Source: Eledone cirrhosa | Lineage: Eukaryota | Assembly (NCBI GenBank): GCA_964016885.1 | Contig: OZ024742.1 | Coordinates: 213,094,001-213,158,000 of the forward strand | Direction of reading: 5' to 3' | Length of the DNA stretch: 64,000 nucleotides | In this document: positions 57,447 through 64,000 of the stretch, one piece after another | How positions within the stretch are numbered: position 1 is the stretch's first letter | How the letters are laid out: the number at the start of each line of letters is the position of its first letter | Made by a program: the position numbers and the translations under genes | The notes under the pieces: model-generated | What the model saw: only the letters and a program-made list of their open reading frames with translations | Database searches by the model: none | Told to the model about the DNA's origin: nothing

Positions 57447-57658
57447 GGGCGGTAGATTTGTAGTATCGGCAGAGCGTCGGACAATATGCTTTATGGCATA
57501 GGGTTACGCTCCTTTACGATCTGAGTTCAAGTCCCGCCGAGCTTAGCTTGCCTTTCATCCTTACGGGATCGATGAAATAAAGCACCAGACTGGGGTCGAT
57601 TTAATCAACTTTCCCCTCCCCAAAATTGCTGGCCTTGTGCCCAAAGTAGAAACAATAT
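57447..57658 (+). mobile_element. SINE with TSD
   Basis: Family consensus; TAGAGAATGTT is present at both flanks (about 57435 and 57660). Confidence 0.85.
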
Positions 57659-59463
57659 GTAGAGAATGTTCGTTGGTAACAATGAGAGGAGTGTTATTGA
57701 AGCAACGTCTCTGTTACTGATTGTCGCACTAGAGTCATTTGTGTCTACAGTTTCATTTTATTTTGAGATTGTTGACCGTGCCAACATAATAGCAGTTGGG
57801 TAGTAGACCGTGGAAAGAGCTAGATCTCTCATTGTTTTTTCTCTCAAATGTTTCAATGCTTGAGGCTCCCTCCACCCTTATAAGTCAGTGCAGTAATAAG
57901 AATGAGATAAAATGTCGACTTGTTCATCAAAACATGTATCCTAGTAAATATTCCACAATACCTTCATTAGGTATCCATTCTTTACGGTATTTTGGACATA
58001 TATATTTAGATAACTTCAGGTATGTCATGTGTGTAGCATCGTATCTTCTCTAGTGTCAATTTGGAAACGGAAGGTACATATAATAGTCAAATCATTTGTT
58101 AAATTGTTTGCGCTCTGAGTTCAAATCCCGTTGAGGTGAAGTTTGTTTTTCACTCGTTTCGATTAGATGCATAAAGTAGCAGTCTATGCGGGATTGATGA
58201 AATCGTAGAACAACAAATTAAGCGCTTTCCAGTATTTAACCTCGTATTTCAATGTTTCGAGGCCTAAATCTATTCCGGGTCGGTTTTACCAATAACTCAT
58301 TCACAATAGATAAAATAAGTCCCAGTCAAATATTGGGAGCAATTATATTTAATGTTCTCCTCTAACTCTCGCCCAAAATATGTGAGCATGCCAGATTTAG
58401 AAATATCATCCCTGTCAAAAGTGGTTCGATGACAGCATTGTTAGAATATTTTGTAGTATTTACTTATCGTCTTTAACCATTGAGTTCAAATTTTACCGTG
58501 ATCAACTTTGCCGTTCATTCTTCCGAGTCAATAACATCATGTATCAATCTAGTACTGGGATTTGCTTGATATTTCTATAAAGCATTCTAGATATGAATGG
58601 AGGTCGACTTTACCGTTCACTTTTTCTGGGTCGATAATGTAAATATCAGTTGTTTCTGCGATTGATCTTCCCATTTGTGGTCCTATGTTTATGTAAGAAA
58701 TCAATATTTGTATTGTAACATCATCAACAACCGGACCTTCGGATTTGCACATGGTGTATTTTGAGCATTAACATTTCCTGCGAAAAAATCATTGAGATGA
58801 ATGGAGGGAAACAATCTTGAGTTACCGTCTGTCAATATTTACAGCTATAAAGTACGTCAGAGATAATAGAGATCGTAAAAATTGTTGGGCATGATATTCT
58901 AGCGTAACTTGTTCTACATCTTACTACCCTGAGCTCAAACAGCACCAAGTTGACTTTGTGTTTCAAACTTGAACGAATCAATAAAATATCTCTAACAATA
59001 ATTTTTAATTGGTTCAAATCCACTAAAAGCCTTCTCTATAAAAATTGATGTTTATGTTTTGATGATCTTTCTTGCAGTTTTATCTAAGTTCCTTTGATAG
59101 TCTATTGATCAACGCTTTATCTTTAGAGTCATAGCATTAATTATATCCCTATTTCGAGATTTTGAGTCTTAGCTGTAGCGACATCCAAACGGTAATACAC
59201 TACCATTTCCACGCCCACCTACATCAATTCAATTGTCTTTATCATGAGTGATAATACATTTAATACTCATTATTCAGTTATTGCCATCTCACTTTAACTA
59301 GACGAAAATTAAGTATCAGCACGTGTGTGGTTGTTCCAGTCGAAATTTAATGTTGCAATTAAAGCAGAAGTAGCAGAATTGCTTTAATTCGAATCGACTT
59401 GAGATTTGAAACTTCCTGGAGAATATGAATATGAAGATTATTCATTGGCGAAGTATAGTAGGA

Positions 59464-59765
59464 AAGTGGCAAATTGACAGAATTGTTAGAACATCAGATC
59501 GAATGCTTTGCGGCCTTCATTCCAGCTCTCCACTCTCCAAGTTCAAATCCTGCCGAGGTCAACTTTGCCTTTCATCCTTTCGCAGTTGATAAAAAATGTA
59601 CCACTCTAGTACTGGAGTCAATTCTTCTTCTATATCTCTTTCTCACTTCCTTTCTCTCATCTCTATTTTTTTGTGCAAGACATCTGTGTTTAGACCTGGA
59701 GAAGAAACGCCGTATGTCAATATGGCGACCCTGCAATTCCATCAAAAGCTACGGATCCATACATA
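59464..59765 (+). mobile_element. Diverged SINE of the extended subfamily
   Basis: B-box plus central domain plus AGAAACGCCGTATGTCAATATGGCG. Confidence 0.65.
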
Positions 59766-61704
59766 TAAAAAGTTTGGTAGAGCAATTTGTATCCTATCTG
59801 GAATAACGTCGTAACGAAATATTAACAGTTGAAAGAATTGTTGGATGAGCAATTAAAACTTGAATAGTTCCTTAAAGATTTATTTTGGGAGTAAAATGTG
59901 AATGTTCCGACATTCATATATAATTTTTTTACAATTTTTATTATCTTATTTGTTTTAATTTTTTATCTCTTATTCAGGGGCACCTAAAGATTTAGTGCTA
60001 GTTTTAAATCAGGCAACGGATTATGTCTACCATAAAGAACCTGAAGAGTTCACTTGGCAGGCTTTTACGTAATTTCTGTATACCAAATTTCACCACAATG
60101 CTTTGTTCAACATCAAGTTATAGTAAAAAACATGAACAAGATACAAGCCATTGAAATTGAAGACTAAAAGGATTTACTTGTGAAATGGACTTTTTAACCG
60201 AGTTTAATTGAGCAAACTTACAATCAAATGTATTGCAGCCGTGACGATCCTTTTCTTATAAGCTATATAGTAATACATTATCTAATGTGTCCTTTCCTTA
60301 TTTAATACAACAGGGTGTGGTTTAAAGGAAATTGGGCGGCTATTTTATAGACTCGTACCTTTCTTCTTATACATATTACATTACAACATTCTCCATAGTT
60401 GTTATGTTTGATATAGATTTCTAACTTTGAAAGATAGTACAAAATTAAAGTTTGGCGAGACAGTCGATTTAATCAATGTCAGTGATTGGCTGGTTTTTAT
60501 TTTGTTTAACTTGATATGAGCTGAATTCGAACACGGAACGTAAATATCCGTAACTAGATAACGAATGGTAGTTTGTCTGTCACTACTGATTCTGCCATTA
60601 ACTAACTTTCAATTATTCTTAATTAGATTTCTAATATTTTTAGGAGGAAGGGCAGCGCATATAACCCTTTCTAGGGTCTCTGAGTCTGTTTGAGGTAGGG
60701 AGGAAGTTGTCTTCGGACAAGGGGCCTAGAGTGAATGATTTCAATAGAGAGGATTTCGCGAAAGGCACCAAAGGGCCTAGTTGTGGTCATAAACCGAGTG
60801 ACGGATTAAATCTATTATACAAGAATTGGAATTCTCCTTTTGATGTACTTCCACACGGTTTCCATCGAACAAAGTACACATACAAGGATTTAGTGAACGT
60901 TCGGATATAGTAGAAAACACTTTGTCAAGGTACCGTGAAGTATTGAATCCAGAACTTATGAAGTGAATCTCTTAACCATACAGTCATATGCACAGTTAAC
61001 GGCAAATAACATTCTTAAAGTTTCAACAAAATGATAGACAGGAAAGACTTTCTGGTGAGTTTCAAACAAGAAACAAAAAAGAAAGTAAAATTTTATCCTA
61101 TTTATTATTTAATGAAAGCTAAAACACTCAAACAAAAATAAAATCAATTAAAAAGTGAATCCTAAAAAGGAAGGAAACCAACCAGTTCGTTCAAGCGACC
61201 ACTGAAATGGCCTATAGCGAATGCCATGTAGCTGATAACATCTGTCACAAGTCTGAACCGGAGCAACATAAAATGAAATGTCTTATTCAAGGGCTTAACG
61301 CACTGCCACCTCCCTGAATCGGTCAAACAACCTTATGATTGTGAGTTCAATACCCTATCAACTAGGCCACTTGCTTTCATCCGCATCTGCATAGCATCTT
61401 TATAAAGTCCTTGTGCAATTAGATATTTTTATAATCATAGTTTTGTATGTGGAATTAACTGTAAAGAACATTTACATTTTATATTCGTGAATAGAAGCAT
61501 TTATTATAATTCCTTAAATATTAACAAAAAATAATAATTGGAAGAGTGACGGATGAAATACAATTGAAGCGTTTGTTTTGGCTTTTACATTCTGAGTTCA
61601 AATCCCACTGAGGTCATCTTTGCCTTTCATCCTTCCAGGGTGGATAAAATAAAGTACTAGTAACATGATGGGGTCGATTTAATCAACTTTCCCCTTCCAT
61701 AAAT

Positions 61705-61802
<98 letters not shown>

Positions 61803-61809
61803 TCTGCCT

Positions 61810-62945
61810 TGCCCACTTATTCCTGAGAGGGTTGTGGGGGCAGAGTCAGAAGCAACCGTCTCTAACAAATCCGGCTTGATCCACAAGCAAGAACAGCCAA
61901 GCTCATGGATGTTACCCAGGCTTCTTGGTCAGGGTCTACCCCTGTGTCTTATGCCGGTTAGTTTTGCCCGCAAAATCTGTCCAACGGTTCTTTCCTGAGA
62001 CATTCTAACCACATGTACATAATATCGGAGCTGTGATTTTTTCAATTTGTAGAAGTAGCGTCTCTACGTGGAGTGACTCTTTGATCTTCGAGCTACGCAC
62101 CCTATCGAGTAACGTTACTCCAAAGACCCTTCAGAGGAACCTCATTTCGGCCGCTTGTATTAGCGATCCCACTCTTTCGGCCATTACCCAAGATTCATGA
62201 CAGGTAAGGTTTGGCTTGACTACCGAATTGATGATGGTGAGTTTGGATTTTACACCTGTCTCCCTTCTTCTGATTACTGAATGCTGAAGCTGGCGCATTA
62301 CTGCACCAGCTCCTGCAACTCTTGCATTTAATTCAGCCTCCCGTCTTCCATCACTCGTGAACACGACCCCGAGATAGTTGAACTATCCACTTTCTTCAGT
62401 GGACCTCCATTCACATGTAGAGTGTACTGTTCAGGCTTCCTTGAGAGGACGAGTTTTCCCAGCACCGATTTTCACTCCAGCCATATAGCACTCGGCATCA
62501 AGTGCATGTCGAAGATCAGACTATCAAGTTAAGTAATACCATGTCTTCTGCAAATTCCAGCCGACTGATTTTTACCTCCTTGACGTGACACCACCTCTAA
62601 CCCGGCTGTCAATCCTGTTTATGTAAATAATTGTTTCTACGTTTTAGCACAAGGCCAGCAATTTCTCAGTGCATTACTGGTACTTTATTTTATCGACCCC
62701 GTAAGGATGAAAGGCAAAGTCAACCTCAGCGAGATTTGAACTCAGGTAAATAATGAACAGGAGATGCAACAGTATACATTTTTGGTGGAGTCCGACTCCC
62801 ACATTTTTTGGTTCAATTGAATACAAATACTCGGGCATTCATATAGAGACAACAGGGCAACAAGAAGCTGGCCATTGATCCCATACTCTTGCAGAACCAT
62901 ACATTTTCTTGTTCCTAAATTACAAATCAATATTAGGGTGATATG
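61810..62945 (-). mobile_element. Degenerate RTE-clade LINE RT fragment, interrupted by a SINE (62625-62745)
   Basis: LQEYGINGQLL..SLY; YLGVVFTSDGRREAELNARV; IQAAEMRFL. Confidence 0.75.
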
Positions 62946-62983
62946 TATAAACAACTGTTTAGCCAACTACTTTTTCTTATTAT

Positions 62984-63165
62984 TTGGCAGTATCGGTAGA
63001 GGGTCGGACGCCATGCTTTCCAGCATAGTTACGTCCCTTTACGATCTGAATTCAAATCCCGCCGAGGTTGACTTTGCCTTTCATCCTTACGGGGTCGATA
63101 AAATAAAGTACCAGTAATGAACTGGGTAATTGATGGCCTTGTGCCTAAAGTAGAAACAATTATTT
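62984..63165 (+). mobile_element. SINE
   Basis: Family consensus. Confidence 0.85.
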
Positions 63166-63379
63166 TCTTAGTTTAAATACACTGAAGATGAGTTTTTACT
63201 TTAATCAATCTTTAGTCAATAAAATGTACCAGTCATGTACTGGGTATTTCTTCTAATTAATTTTGACAAAAAAGATTAAAGTAAACTAAAGGAAAATATG
63301 CAAATGTAATGACATGCAAGCTTAGGTTAGGTCAAACAAACGAAGATCGGCAGGGAGAGAATTCAGGAAGAATTACTGA

Positions 63380-63775
63380 TACTTGACAACAGCCGACTCG
63401 AACAAGATAACCACAAATACATGACGTCAACATAACTTACTGACTTATCTATCACTTGTTGAACAGCAATTCTCCTTTCAAACAGTTATCAGAGATAGAC
63501 ACAATTTCACATTGTTTGCTTAGAATGGAAAGGTTGAAATATGGATGAATGCAAAACAGGGATATTTAAAGAATGAGGACGTTGTGTGTGACTACGGCAT
63601 CGAACCACAGACTACGCAGCACCTCCTGATATACCCCCTGCTGGAACACCCCTGCACAGCATTGGACTTGGCAGAGTTCAATGAGAAAAGACAGCAATGT
63701 GTTCAGCGGTGGAAGAACCACATCTAGCCAAGCTTTGTAACTGACACTCTTGTGGACACGACAAGAAGAAGAAGA
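63380..63775 (+). mobile_element. LINE 3' end (RTEX-like Cys/His domain) with (AAG)n tail
   Basis: GY...VVCDYGIEPQTTQHLL.YP; ends GACACGAC followed by (AAG)n. Confidence 0.6.
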
Positions 63776-64000
63776 ATTCAAATAGATCCGGAGGAAAGTT
63801 ACACGAAAAACGGTTTTCTATTTCCAGAAAATCAGTAAATCTGAATCATGGAGTTTCTAAAAAATTCTCTAAATGTTTCTCAATTTTCGAAGTATAGTAA
63901 ACAGAAAGATTATATGAGTGTATTGAGAGTGATACATAATTATTTCAACACTAGGCAGGAGGCCAACAATTTGAAGGAAAAGGGAAAGTCGATTAAATCG

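Overview
This is eukaryotic (animal) DNA that is AT-rich, dense in microsatellites and almost wholly transposon-derived. I found no confident host gene. The SINE type and repeat landscape suggest a mollusc, probably an octopod cephalopod (inference). Contents: (1) three Tx1/L1-clade LINEs, two full length with target-site duplications and all ending in AATAAAGAA(AT) directly into a microsatellite; (2) several RTE-type LINE fragments and many Meta-domain-like tRNA-SINEs; (3) a 52-bp minisatellite; (4) at least 12 Penelope-like (PLE) or PLE-derived inserts, mostly sitting in (TA)n tracts. Most PLE inserts are fold-back palindromes with arms of 44 bp to 1.1 kb. They carry minimal type I hammerhead ribozyme (HHR) motifs with canonical cores (CUGAUGA, CUGACGA) and variant cores (UUGAAAA, UUGAUAA, CCGAAGA, CAGUUGA). 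Several are short and non-coding, resembling retrozymes. Coordinates were read by eye and element boundaries are approximate.
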